Assembly: GCF_964355755.1 (NCBI RefSeq) | Contig: NC_092670.1 | Span: 6,128,201 to 6,192,200, forward strand | Direction: 5' to 3' | DNA length: 64,000 bases | DNA from: Antedon mediterranea | Taxonomy: Eukaryota; Animalia; Echinodermata | Shown: positions 25,443 through 38,418 of the stretch, one piece after another | Position numbering within the stretch: position 1 is the stretch's first letter | Layout of the letters: each line of letters starts with the position of its first letter | The notes under the pieces: model-generated | The model's input: only the letters and a program-made list of their open reading frames with translations | Database searches by the model: none | What the model was told of the DNA's origin: nothing | Made by a program: the position numbers and the translations under genes

Positions 25443-27539
25443 GTAAGAATAGTAGAAACATTACCTACATCTTTAGCAATCTAGTGTTCTGGTCTTGAAA
25501 AAAAAATAACCATTCATTTTACTGTTTGAATTAATCTATTTTAATCTTTAGAATCAGTATTTTTGCTGAAATCATTATCCATACCCTTACCACACAAAAG
25601 ATAAATTCAACTTGGTTGATAACCTCTGACATGGGAAGTGTGATTTGCACTAGATTTTCTCTAAAAAAAATTGGGAAAACTCACCCATGGATTGTTGTTA
25701 CTTGATATTTTCATTGACAAATATATTTCTTTACTGAAGTATGTATTTCTCTTTGGAGGATACAGGCTTCACTGACAGTCTGTGTATCCCTCAACTGTAC
25801 CTGCTACCTCGTAGGCTCATGTAGCCTTTATTTCCTTTAAAAATTATAAAAAGAATGATATAAAAGACAAAAATGTATCACAAATGAGTAGACTTATTTT
25901 CCACTCAAGGTTTGTTGCTAAGGTGAATTTTAATGTGTGGCTTAACTTTTTTTTCATCCGTGTGTTTATTATAGCTATTCTAGATTCCTTGTAGGCCTAT
26001 ACTTCCAGTTTAATTAATAACTAATTAACACATTAATTAATAATTAGAATACGACTAAAAGTTCTCTCTTTTTTAATGTTAAAAGTAGTGTGTGTTTTCC
26101 TGACGTTGTTTGTTTTTATTGTTTGTCAGATATATTCTAACAAATTAGATTGCAGTTCTTCCTGTAGACATCAAATGTTTGTATATAAATGTATTTTGGA
26201 AATGTTTCTATGATCTTCCATTACTCTCTCTCATTACTGCTTTGCTGACACATATATATATAATGCACCTAAGTAGATAGTTTGAAATGCCTTCATAGTT
26301 TGAAATCACACTCACCTACAAGTATAGCTCTAGTATAATAACTCACCCACTTTTCACAATTAATCAGGTGTGTGCTCACTCTATATTGAATCCTAATAAT
26401 ACATTTCTACTGGATTTAACTTGAGATCTCTGCAGCTATCATTCTTTACTTCTTACATGATTAGAGTGTTGCTGCAGTAATTATTCTTCCTGCAGTAGCC
26501 TAAATGGTGCAAATTTGAGCATTATCTTCATTTCAATAAACAGAATTGTAGGCCTAGGCCTGGTAAACTGCCTCAAGCATTGTAATTAGTATGGTGGTTT
26601 AAATTAGTTATTCTTGACCTGGACTCTTATTGTCTAATATTGTGGTGGATCTCTGCTTAACTTTAAGGCTAAAGCAACTTATCAGTACGCTATTGAGTAT
26701 GCGGTCATATACTCCAATTCACATACTATGTCTGTACTATGAAATGCCTAGTGCAAACATATATACTGTGTTCAGATCAGCATCTGTACAATAATAAAGT
26801 ATAAATTACCAACATATCCATGCACATACCTACATCTATCTTATTGATGCTATGCAATCTTATTTGTATACATCTGAACATCTCTAAATTCACTTCATAT
26901 ACTTTCATACAATCAAATCAATCAAAATGTGATATGTTTAATACTGACTATATTATGATAAACTTTGAAAGTGGTCAGTTGCAATGCTATCACAACACAG
27001 AGTGTGTGTATTCTTTTGTACATTATAAATTGATCAAAACATACTTCTTATTAAAATCCCTTTAGCATGCATTGCTTTATATCAAAATATGTATTTACTA
27101 ATATTATATGATGCAGTATGTTTGTTATGAATATTAATTTATATTTACAGCTTGGTAGTTTTATTAATTAATATTTTTCAATGAATATAATAATTTGTAT
27201 GTTGTATAACCACTGTCGCATTTAATACAATTTTATACTGTGATAAATACCAGTGACCTTTGAACTTCTACCCATCATCCTTTAGTGTGTTTTTTTATTG
27301 ATCTCTTTGCACAGTGTTATGATAGTTGTTGTAATTAACCAGTTGATATTTAACTACATTGTTGTTTAAAACAAGATACTATTACCGGTATAATTAGTAT
27401 TTTAACACAATTAAAAATATTATGTTAACCCAAATGATTCCATTTTTGACATAGGCCTACTTATAAACGTAAATAATGTCTCTCCCTGATATAAAAAGGG
27501 TCAATATTGATGACTTTTTATTGATTTTGATCATGATAG

Positions 27540-27654
27540 TTTGAGGAAGCAGATCAGGATTCCGAATACCAAGATGATGATCCAGATGAAGACAGTGTCT
27601 CTCGTAAATCTGATGACCTCCAGTACTGGGAGGGATATCTTAATATGAAATGTG
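27540..27654 (+). CDS. MYO10: Myosin-X exon, acidic linker and start of PH1N
   Basis: tag|TTT...G|gtacag; FEEADQDSEYQDDDPDEDSVSRKSDDLQYWEGYLNMKC. Confidence 0.85.
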
Positions 27655-28065
27655 GTACAGTGCTGAAATTAGTTTATTCTTATTAAAATAGATAATCGAT
27701 AATAATCAATGAAAATCGATAGTCCTTTTTGTTAATAAGAGAGGTTATGGCGTAATGGATACAATAACATATATATATTGCTAGTATCCTTCCTATACTT
27801 TAGGTAAAGTGATTTCTAATAATAGTGTACCGTGATATTCAATGCATTTAAATACCATACAAAACAGCTTAACTTACCGTAATAAAAATAAAGTATTTGA
27901 AAAAGTAGACGATCACCTCTCATTTTGCTGCACTGTAACTGTGGGTACAAAAGTCTGAGAAATATATTTACATTTTTACCATGATCAAATTTGGTAGAAA
28001 ATCCTGTATATCAAAGTTACTCTATGAGTTAATTTCTACATTTCTACAACTCTGTTGTCTGTCAG

Positions 28066-28201
28066 GTGGAATGGTAAATACCTGGAAGAAGCGTTATTGT
28101 GTCCTTCGTGATGAGACACTGATGTGGTTCCGTGCCAAGCAGGAAGCACTGAAATCAGGATGGCTGATGAAGAAAGGTGGTGGAACAAGTACATTATCAA
28201 G
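28066..28201 (+). CDS. MYO10: Myosin-X exon, PH1N/PH2
   Basis: cag|GT...AG|gtaag; GMVNTWKKRYCVLRDETLMWFRAKQEALKSGWLMKKGGGTSTLS. Confidence 0.96.
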
Positions 28202-28711
28202 GTAAGTTAACTGCACTAGAAAGAGGCACATCACACATGTTTTGCCTAACTAGTTTGATAGTGTAGCTTTAAGAATTAAATACTTTCACCATTTTGTTGA
28301 ATACTTTTCTTCCTCTTTCTATTTTCATTTAAAGAGATGGGAAATTAACATCACTCATGGAAATCATGCCACAATTCATGCAACATATCTCTCCCTACCG
28401 TGTACTTTCTGCTTTTTTGTAGTGTTGTTCATGGCAGAAAAAAATAGATATTAGAGTATTTTTCATGGCAGAAAAGAAATGGATTTAGAGTGTTGTCCAT
28501 AACAGATCTGAAATAGACATTTAGATAGTTGTCCAAGGCAGAACAGAAATGGAAGAGTGTCAATATGTTTAATCCAGTACTGGGACTAAAACTTGTGCGC
28601 ACATACTTGCATGGGACTATACAGGCTGTTTGTAACAATTTAATGACATATATGTTATATGTTATTGCTTGGATTGTATCTTATATTTTCATACTTTACT
28701 TGTGTTCTTAG

Positions 28712-28822
28712 ACGGAATTGGAGGAAGAGATTTTTTGTATTAAAGGGCATTGAACTAGCATACTATGAATCTGACAGTGATGGAGCACCTTGTAAAGGAA
28801 TTATTAACATTAAACAAACAAA
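28712..28822 (+). CDS. MYO10: Myosin-X exon, PH2
   Basis: tag|A...AA|gttag; RNWRKRFFVLKGIELAYYESDSDGAPCKGIINIKQT. Confidence 0.93.
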
Positions 28823-29177
28823 GTTAGTATTCAATGTTGTTATAATGCAGATTTTTTTTTTTTAAATTTATCTAAAACGTTAAAGCATTTATACCATAAC
28901 TGGATGCATCCTATATGATCTCATTTATCTTGTTGTGTCTGAAGTAGGCCCTCTTTTAGTCACCCATTCAACAGGATATCAGGGAAGCCCCTACTCTTCT
29001 GAAAGATAAACTGAAAGCCAGAAACTTATCGAAGAACATTGTTCTAGCACCGTTTATCAACGTCAGAATTATTCATTTCATCTACTTTCAATTTTTTCCA
29101 AGTGGCTTTACTTTTGTTCTTATCTTCATATGTTAAAGAAGAGAATGTATGTTTTGATTGATTGATTGATTTTACAG

Positions 29178-29276
29178 AGATATACTTGATAGCAGTTTTG
29201 GCAGAGAGAGTTCATTGGACATTATCACTGACAAGAGAACTTACCACATTGTTGCAGACAATGCTGATGATTTGAG
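29178..29276 (+). CDS. MYO10: Myosin-X exon, PH2
   Basis: cag|A...AG|gtaaa; DILDSSFGRESSLDIITDKRTYHIVADNADDL. Confidence 0.92.
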
Positions 29277-29485
29277 GTAAATTAATACATTGTCATTTGT
29301 TGGTAGAACATTAACACCTTCGGCATTTATCTTTTACCATAAAATGATTTCTCTTTGTGATTTTCACTTTCTTTACTGCCTTCCTTGGTCCATAAAGAAT
29401 TTAATAAAAAGGTTGTACCACAACAAAATGTCCCCTAAATATTCAACTGTATTCATATTATAAAAATATCTTTACATCATTTTAG

Positions 29486-29721
29486 TGAGTGGTTTAGTAT
29501 ATTGATGCGAGTAAAGAACGCTAATGAATACGAACTCAAACAAATGCAAGATGAGGATGCGAATCCAAAGAACGCTATCGGCACACTTGATGTTGCCGTC
29601 ATTGACTCTGTGGTACCAGTACACCTTCAGACAAAACCGAATGCGTTTGCAATTATCACAGCTGAAAGGGTCTTCAATATGTCTGCAGATTCACCAGAAG
29701 ACATGAATGGATGGTTAAAAG
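29486..29721 (+). CDS. MYO10: Myosin-X exon, end of PH2 and PH1C
   Basis: tag|T...G|gtatt; EWFSILMRV...DEDANPKNAIGTLDVAVIDSV...PNAFAIITAERVFNMSADSPEDMNGWLK. Confidence 0.95.
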
Positions 29722-30164
29722 GTATTTGTATAAAATATAATAAATAAAATCCAGTAAGATATTTATAATAGCCAATAGGGAGGAAAGCCTGTATCAAGTT
29801 TTCCACAAAGCTAAGAATCAAAAGCGTCATCTTAGAAGCATAGATAGTCATATTTCCACCTTCCAAATCCCACATTCTATTCTATTCTACAAAGAAAAGA
29901 GTGCCTAACAATACTTAGTAATTAATTACAAAGAAAAGTTTTAAGTTGACCTTTAAATAGAGGTGTCGAATTCGCTCCATTCTGGTTCATTCAATTTGTT
30001 GCTTCATCAAAATTAATAGTTTGATAAATGCATCTACTTTCTTCAAAGCTAAAGATTTAACAACCAATCGTATTGCACATAATGAGTTATGACATGCTCA
30101 TGAGCACTCATGCGAATCAAACACCTAAGGAAACATATTTTATCCATTTATTTTATATTGACAC

Positions 30165-30362
30165 TGTTGATTCGTCTATTTGTTATTTAAATATTTTTAT
30201 ATAGTTTATTATATATCATTGTTGTTACTTTGGGAGTACGGAACCTGAACTCTTGTTATAGTGATTAGGTTCACTTTTAGGTTCCTGCCTACTCCCTTAG
30301 TTTCTGTGTTTTTGTTTGTTTGTATCTGGTTTTTGGCAATAAATAATAATAATAATAATAAT
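30165..30362 (+). mobile_element. Retroposon 3' end (LINE/SINE tail) with hairpin and (AAT)n tail, copy 1
   Basis: ~200 bp nearly identical to 53555-53751; gggagta..ggaacct / aggttcc..tactccc hairpin; AATAAA merging into (AAT)n. Confidence 0.78.
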
Positions 30363-30536
30363 CAGGATGAAAATCATAGTTATTATGAAATGGTAGCAAG
30401 AATTTTCTCTGCAAGTAGAAGGATGAAATACATATTAGGCTTGCTGATATAATCTTAGAAAGAAGAATTATTAAATTGTTCTTTAGTCAAATAAATATAT
30501 ATTTATAATTAAATTTGTTTTTGTTTTGCCTGTTAG

Positions 30537-30788
30537 CTCTAACTCAGTACCATAAAGGTCAAAGGACGTACAGTAAGGAAGAGATCCTCATGAGTGGTTG
30601 GCTGACCAAAGAAAATACGGGAACAATTTCACGTCCTGGCATCACGCGTAAAAAACGATACTTTATTCTCACTAGCCATTCCTTAGACATCTACAAGAGC
30701 GTCGACCTTCAGCATAAACTTGGTGCAATAGCACTAAATCGGTTATGTTCAGTAACCGTCCCAGACGATAAGATGTTTAAAGAGATTG
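30537..30788 (+). CDS. MYO10: Myosin-X exon, PH3 N-terminal part
   Basis: tag|CT...G|gtaag; EEILMSGWLTKE...RKKRYFILTSHSLDIYKS...KLGAIALNRLCSVTVPDDKMFKEI. Confidence 0.94.
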
Positions 30789-32546
30789 GTAAGTTGATCT
30801 ACTTATTTACTATCCAAAACTTGAAATACATATACAGTTCTTGATTGACAATAAAACAATAATACGTGTGGTTTCTTTTCGGTGGTAAATATAGGTGGAG
30901 GAATTAGGGTGCAATGTTTGTGGATTTACATAAATCATAGATTTTAGATTATATTGAATAAAAAAACAAGAAATATACCGGTATTTCAAAATTCCAGAGT
31001 ATGAAATTTTTTTGTGGCCAGATTCAATATTGCATATCTTCCCAATTTAATATATATAATATATAATCCTTTTGTCAATTGAAGTGATTGTTTGTCATCA
31101 TGTGGGTGACTGGCGGGTACAGTGGCTGTCCAGAACAGTGTTGTCTGGAGTAATTGTCTAGTGGTTGTCCTACAATGTCTCCATTAAAAATTCTAAACAG
31201 TCAAATTTACTGTCGGTGATTACTGCATTTTTCATTGAAATATATGAAATAAAATATAATTCATATATATACAAATTAAATTAAATAACAATAAAACCAT
31301 CAACATCATACAACAAAAAATGGTAAACTTGAATGGGAAATTTATTCCCTATAAATATCATAAGGAATAATTATGCTGGATTAACAGGTTTGTAGAACAT
31401 GAATGGTGTGGTTTGCTGGTCATGACGGCATGTTGGAATAATGCTATCCCATAATGCATAAACATGTTCATTCTATATTTAACAAAGGAATGCAGTTTGT
31501 GGTGTTTGCTATTTACTGGGTTTAATAGTGCTTTTACTTAGAATTTGAACTGATAACTTAACTAACACCTTTAATGTCTAATTTATACTAAATTTATTCA
31601 ATATTTTACACTTTCCAAAGATTCACACATTGTTTATACACTTCTACATTTTCAACCTTGTAAACTATACTTTTTTTGTTATGCATTTACATTTGCACTT
31701 TTTATTGATCAATCAGTAATAACTAAATCTACAAAATACTGATTTAAACTTAAAATGAGTAGTGTATTTAAGAAAAGTTAATTTGAAAAATTACGAAAAT
31801 TACAAATTTTAGTAAATTACATGATTTGGTTAAAGCATGGATGTTATCAATCTAGCATTGTGTTTCATAATTTCATATAGAGTATGTTAGTATTATTTTC
31901 CATACAAACTGGCTCTATGGCACTCTAGCTTATCCTGGAGTTCTATGGTCTATTTAAGTCCTGGGAAAATTTTTTTTTAATTAATACGATTTTGAGCATG
32001 AAAATAACAATGTCTTCCTAGAAAATAATGGAAAACTAGTTACGGGAGAACACTCGTGATGACTGTATTTTAGTTACATTGAGTTGAGATCAGCTGCTCA
32101 GAGAGCTTCATGCTGCCCAGTTGAGTTGAGTTCCTTGTTGAATGACAAACCTTAATAGAATAATTATAAATACTAAAAAATGAAATTATGATACAAAATA
32201 TCCCGTCATTGTACTTGTTTCATAATGTTACCTTATATTCATATACATGTTACAGTATTTATATATAATCATAGCATATATTTTAAAATATGTATACATT
32301 TTTAGACTAGTTATTTGTTCCATTTTTTTACCCTGTCCCTGATAGCTATATCCTATATTATAGTTTTTATTTTGTAGTTAATCATTATTTATATATCATT
32401 GTTTGATGTAACTTATACTATCCATAGCACATACCATATTTATTGCATCTCGTATTTAAATCTTATTTTATCAACTTCCTTTCATTTAAATATATTATAT
32501 ATTATATTTCACATTATATGCACCAGTTGATATTATATATTTTAAG

Positions 32547-32579
32547 ATTTTGCAAATGAAGGAGGACAAGTATACATTG
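32547..32579 (+). CDS. MYO10: Candidate 33-nt micro-exon inside PH3
   Basis: ttttaag|AT...G|gtaaac; DFANEGGQVYI; symmetric phase 1-1; weak aag acceptor. Confidence 0.4.
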
Positions 32580-32848
32580 GTAAACTAATTTTTTAAAAGT
32601 CATGAAGTAAAATGACCAACTAAAGCTATATTGAATTCAATTTTAGAATAATGAATGCTTAACTTCAGTTACATTTGACAAAATTAATTTTAATTAAACA
32701 TGTTTACATTTGAGAAATCATAAAAATGTATAATATATTAGAAAAATCTTTAATGTAAATCATAATATAAAAAACTGTAATTTAAATTATAAACATTTTT
32801 GGTTTTTAAACAAATATATTAAGTAATAATTACCTGAACACCTTGCAG

Positions 32849-33019
32849 ACTACCCACCAGAGTTGGTGATTATGAACGGTAACAGACGATCCCCTCCCTC
32901 CGGTAACCCCGAAACAAACCGTAGAAGCTCGTTTAGTTTTGGCCGCAAAAGCTCTATCAGTGGATTGGCAACTTTAAGCCGTCCACGTTCCAACAGTAGA
33001 CCATACGTTAGAGATTATG
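32849..33019 (+). CDS. MYO10: Candidate cassette exon inside PH3 (Ser/Arg-rich)
   Basis: ccttgcag|AC...G|gtaggt; DYPPELVIMNGNRRSPPSGNPETNRRSSFSFGRKSSISGLATLSRPRSNSRPYVRDY; 171 nt, phase 1-1, GC/CpG-richer than the flanks. Confidence 0.78.
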
Positions 33020-33675
33020 GTAGGTATTGTGGGTAGGTAGTGGCATGTCGAATTTAGGAACATCAAAAACGCACGCTTTTTTTGCACGTTTTGCATGGCT
33101 CTTAAACGATTAACAATTTTTATGTGCTGGGAAAACAATGAAATGTTTGGTGTATTTTTTCTGTATTAAGTTTTGGGTTTGTGTGCAGTTTTAAAATCAA
33201 TATATTTTATTGGTTTTGTAGGTAAAATCCACACTAATTTCAACTTACATTTACTTAAATTCATGTTCATTTCAAAATAATACATTATAATCATAATTTA
33301 TTCACAGCAGTTAAACAATTATATTGTCATTACAGAGTTTTAGCATAGCACAGGTGTTCTAATATACAAATATGCAAATGAACAAACATTATAATACAAG
33401 TGTAAATCAACACATTTCTAACTTTTAAATGTTTAGATTCATTTGCAAATAAATTGCATTCCTTCAGTATGAATATGGAAGTTTAAATGAAGGTGTCATT
33501 GCACAAATCTAAATGTTGCATATATTTTTTAATTACGTCTAGTGTCATGAAATATTTCAATTTTGTCTGGTAGCATTTTGTTTCAAACAAAACTTCACCT
33601 ATACCTTGTATAATGTATTTTTTGCCTTAATAGGATTAATTAATTTTGAATAACATAGGAATAGATAAGAATTTG

Positions 33676-34098
33676 AGAGATTTTATCATTATTTTGTTTA
33701 CATCATCAAAAAAAAGATTTTTACACGATATGATTTGATTATCAGGGACCGAATTGCTTTCATTATCTAACTATTCATAAATGATAATGTAAATTAAAAA
33801 ACTCAAGATTCATGATTAACCAGTAATCTATCCATCTTCATTTTAATAACTTCATGTTTTTGCCTTTTTAGGGAATCATCTTCTCATTCAGAGATTTTAT
33901 CATTATTTTGTTTACATCATCAAAAAAAGATTTTTACACGATATGATTTGATTATTAGGGACCGAATTGCTTTCATTATCTAACTATTCATAAATGATAA
34001 TGTAAATTAAAAAACTTAAGATTCATGATTAACCAGCTCTCCATCTTCATTTTAATAACTTCATGTTTTTGCCTTTTTAGGGAATCATCTTCTCATTC
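33676..34098. repeat. Recent ~210-bp tandem duplication
   Basis: 33676-33889 and 33890-34098 are nearly identical. Confidence 0.9.
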
Positions 34099-34476
34099 TT
34101 TACTTAAAGTTCATTCACTTAATTGCTTATTGAAAGTATATTTTACTCTTTTACTCCAATAATGATAAATTGTATATGGAACAGAATTGTATATGGAACA
34201 GAACATATTTCAACATGAATTTCATAAGCTCTGCTCATGTACTGTACAATGAATTGGTTTGATGTTATTTAATCAATGCAAATTATGCAAATTTTTCAAG
34301 ACTCATTTGCATTTGGACATTGTATCTAACGTGTTGTTTTGTCCAATACAGTTTAACGAGTTAAAATGAACTTTAAATAAAGTGAATGCCTGGTATTCTA
34401 ACAGCTTTTCTCTAACTAACAATTGTTACTTTTGTATTTTTCTTCCCTTATCTATCAAATTTGATGTCGTGTTCAG

Positions 34477-34593
34477 ATCTTCCACTTCCAACAAACTCTC
34501 CAGTGGCGTCTCCGACGATGAGGAGACGGAAATTAAGCTGGGGCAAAAAGAGTAAAATTAAAATGGACCTAAGAACGGCTATGTTTCAGGGTG
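34477..34593 (+). CDS. MYO10: Candidate cassette exon inside PH3 (basic)
   Basis: gttcag|AT...G|gtatgt; DLPLPTNSPVASPTMRRRKLSWGKKSKIKMDLRTAMFQG; 117 nt, phase 1-1. Confidence 0.75.
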
Positions 34594-35680
34594 GTATGTT
34601 CACTGAATGTTAGTGTAGATATTATCCCGACGTCTCAACCTAGACAACAATGCACACCAGTTGCTATATTGCAATGCTTTTTTGGTCTTTTCACGTTTCC
34701 TTATTCCCACCAAATTGATAACCTCTTGTGATTTTGGTTATTCTGTGCCATTTAATATACTCTTGTAGTTCTGTTGTATAGAATTGTATACACCACCCAT
34801 TATTATTGCATGTTCGTTTACTATACCCATTTGTATATTGTAACTCTGTCGTGGTTTTTGAATTTTTACCCACCGTTTTTATTCCTGTTATTTTTTTGGT
34901 GTTTTAATTAAAATCAGCATTCAGGCATTTTAGTAGGCCTACTCTTCCATCTGTTATCTAGTGTTGTTCATTTACCATTATTATAGTAGTAATATTAAAT
35001 TTTTGCATGTACACATGTAGATTTTATTTTTAAATATATATTTAGGTGTCAGTAAGATAACAATTTTTAAAAAATATCATTTTTTCAATCATTTTCAATG
35101 TTTGTTTTAATCATCATCATTGTTATATCTCTATTCGAAACAGAGCTTTTTAAAATCATTATTTTGCATTTGTTTTAGTATACTGTACGTCTCCCAATAC
35201 CAAACCCATGGGCTGATCAAATATGTTTGGTTTTCCATAAATTCTGGAAATCTTTTCAAAAACTTAGTCTTAATGAGTTTGTATCAGGAAAGGTGACTGT
35301 ATTAATTTACATTAATATTGAGATCTACAAAACTTCCTGCTTTAAGTAGTCTGTAACTATCAATATCATTTGACTGTTTTAGGAAAAATTATTGGAAAAC
35401 CATAATTATCATTAACTATTGCTACTAATAAATCTCTCAAATTTCATCGAATAGATTACTAGCCCAACTAATTTGTGAGCTTTATTCTTTATCATTTAAG
35501 AAAATGGTTAAGTTACCTTTTCCCTCCAATTACCGTCACAGTTCATGTTCTTCCCACATTTTACATCTTTCCATCACACATATTATTATTTCTAACCTCA
35601 GTCTGCACATAATTTTATTTTGGTTTTTATTTTAATCACATTATTTTATTTTTTCCTGCACTTTAACCTTTACACCTAAG

Positions 35681-35767
35681 GTCGAAGGCACACATGGAGT
35701 TCCAAGATGATGCGAAACTTGTTTCGTTGTTATCCACGTAGTAAACCTTGGTGGCTACATGATCTAC
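35681..35767 (+). CDS. MYO10: Candidate cassette exon inside PH3
   Basis: polypyrimidine...ctaag|GT...C|gtgag; GRRHTWSSKMMRNLFRCYPRSKPWWLHDL; 87 nt, phase 1-1. Confidence 0.65.
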
Positions 35768-37144
35768 GTGAGAAATTACAAATTAAATGAATTTTGCATT
35801 CGAACTGGTTCTTCTTTTTCTTGCTCTTGATTGCTTCTTTTGCATCTTTAATTTGTACGTCCTCATTTCCTTAATAAATTATAATTAGTTTTGATGACCC
35901 TGATATTTTTTTGATACTTTCAAAATTCATCAAGAAATTGAAATTGAATTGGCAAAATATAATAATAGTAATAATATGAATAGATAACCTTATATAAACC
36001 ATCAGTAGTCCTACTTTATGTGTATGATACTAAAAATCATTCAAAAAATTGAAAATTACTTTAAATAAAGTTGATTAGAAATTAAAAGTACTGTATATAT
36101 TTAAATTCTATCTTACCTGAAATAAAATTGTCTTTCTCATGCATCAATGATTCCTTCCCTTTATGTTGTGTGAATAATTGATCATTCATTATTGATTATT
36201 TATTATCTAGTTAATTTTTTTTACTTTCTTGTATTTTAATTTTTTTTTTTTTCATTTTTTATATTTATGTTTTCAGTTGGATTGTAGTAGTTGAGTCACT
36301 TTATAAATTAAATGTTTTGTAGCATGTTGTGTGCACAACAATACAGTATTTATGTTTCCTCATAAAGTTAGTACAAAATGTGTATTTAAAATTTAAAACA
36401 GGTATTATGTTATATGTATGAATGAATCAAAGCCAATAGTAGAAACTACTCTGTTTTGTCATAAAGTAATGTTGTTTTCCGCTATTTTAAAATTCTGTTT
36501 GTGTTTACAATTATCTGACTTGTCAAACTTTCAAACTTGTCATTGTGTTTCTGTACATTTTGTTTTACATATTTATTGTTATATAATTGTATTTTTATTT
36601 ATTAAATGTGATAAACCTTACAATTCAAATGTTTTGGTATCATAATTAGTTTAGTTATATCATGTGACTAATATAAACCATACTGATTGGTCATTTTCAT
36701 TTAGTTTAAGTCAATATTTTTATCATCAAATAAGTCTTTTCACTTATCAATCATATCCAAGATTTGTTTTTACATGATGGAAAATTCCAATACTTGTTTT
36801 ATGACTACTAAAATGACCATATCCGAAAAAGAGCTTTCGGCTTTCTGCATATTCCTTGTGGTTTATGATTAAAACTTTGAAAAGGCTTTAATACATTGAT
36901 TTAAATAAAGAGAGCTTTGTCTCAAACTTGACCAATGCATGATAATGGTGATGGGTAAAAAGAGGGCAGCAGTCAAGTATTAAATATGATTTTGCCTGCT
37001 TTGCACACAAACAACATCCGTTATACATACTTTTTTTTTAGTATCTTTACTTTTCAAGATAAAGAGATTTTTATTATTCTATTTATTTATTTTACTATTC
37101 AAAGAAATAATGTATTGTTTAAAAATGTTATCTTCGTTTTTTAG

Positions 37145-37302
37145 GCACATGGAAATTTACTATACACAGTAGACGTTATTCGTACAATCTGTTCACACCT
37201 TCGAATGACGAAGCTTGGAAATGGACTTACGCAATTCAAGAAGTCATCGACAGTAAGCCACCGATTGAAACGCCCTCTCAGATTCTGATCAAAGAATTAA
37301 GG
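37145..37302 (+). CDS. MYO10: Myosin-X exon, PH3 C-terminal part
   Basis: tag|GC...AGG|gtgag; TWKFTIHSRRYSYNLFTPSNDEAWKWTYAIQEVIDSKPPIETPSQILIKELR. Confidence 0.94.
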
Positions 37303-37819
37303 GTGAGATATTTTTAAACATTTAAAACAATTTTTTTTTTTCATTTTTACTGAGGTTAAAATTCAATTTTTGATGATGTTCAAAGATATACCTTCATTCA
37401 ACAAACTTTTTAAACTGGTAAGAAAAAATAAGGAAACATATTTACATAAAAGAATTTTGTTCCGGTTTAAGGAGTGTTCTATATGTATTTTAGATTTGTT
37501 CTTATATTTTGAGCTTTAATTCTTCAACTACATTAATGTATAGCACTTGAAATTAGAAAAATTTTTACAATTTAGAAACTTGTTTTAAAAAAGAACGATT
37601 TTTTTATTCAACTTTATTTACCCACAGAGACTTAACTTAAAAATCAACTTTAAACAATCTTAAAATATTATGCACAGCATAAACATTTTAAAAAGCATAT
37701 ACGATTAGTGACTTTCCTCTCTCAACAGATGAGTACTGTAAGTCAGATTATTATAACATTCCCATGAATATATAGCTCTTTTTAATATTATTACTGTACT
37801 TATTTTTTTTCTAATACAG

Positions 37820-37949
37820 GAAGCCAGTTTAAATGGTTATAATGACGAAATAGATAAGATTTACAAGTTAAACCCAATCCTACGAAATGTACCTTACATG
37901 TTGAAATCACCACTTCTTCCACTGCCCTATGGACAGATTATGAGTTCAA
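37820..37949 (+). CDS. MYO10: Myosin-X exon, pre-MyTH4
   Basis: cag|GAA...A|gtaag; EIDKIYKLNPILRNVPYMLKSPLLPLPYG. Confidence 0.93.
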
Positions 37950-37986
37950 GTAAGTAATGTTAATTAAAGCGCTCAGAAAAAAAACA

Positions 37987-38033
37987 TTCTCATCCTGAGG
38001 ACGATCAAAGTATATTGATGGAAATGTTGAGAA
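37987..38033 (+). ncRNA. Degenerate minimal hammerhead-like motif (probably inactive PLE remnant)
   Basis: ttctcatc CTGAGGA cgatcaa agtata ttgatg GAAA tgtt gagaa; stem II partly paired, ttctc/gagaa flanks. Confidence 0.4.
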
Positions 38034-38317
38034 ACTCAACAGTTCTTTTCAGAACTGTACGTGGTATACCACAAACTTTATATCAACAACCTAATGAAAT
38101 AGTTGCAAAAGGGGAAGGATTACTAAAATCCAACTCTATAAAATGGCATGACCAGCAACACATAAACAATTACATTTCTAAAAATAGGAACGCCAATATA
38201 TAAATACTATACTTTGGTAATATTGAGATGAATGTGTTTTCATATAAATTTAATGGAAATATTGTGTCTATTATACATGTACTTATTAAATAAATGTTTA
38301 TTGATAACGTTTTTTAG

Positions 38318-38418
38318 ATTTAGACAAAGGTTATACCACATTGCAAGATGAAGCAGTCAAGATATTTAACGTATTACAGGGGTCTGAGCAATTACCAGAT
38401 CCAATGCCAGTGATACAG
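38318..38418 (+). CDS. MYO10: Myosin-X exon, MyTH4
   Basis: tag|AT...CAG|gtagg; DKGYTTLQDEAVKIFNVLQGSEQLPDPMPVIQ. Confidence 0.93.
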
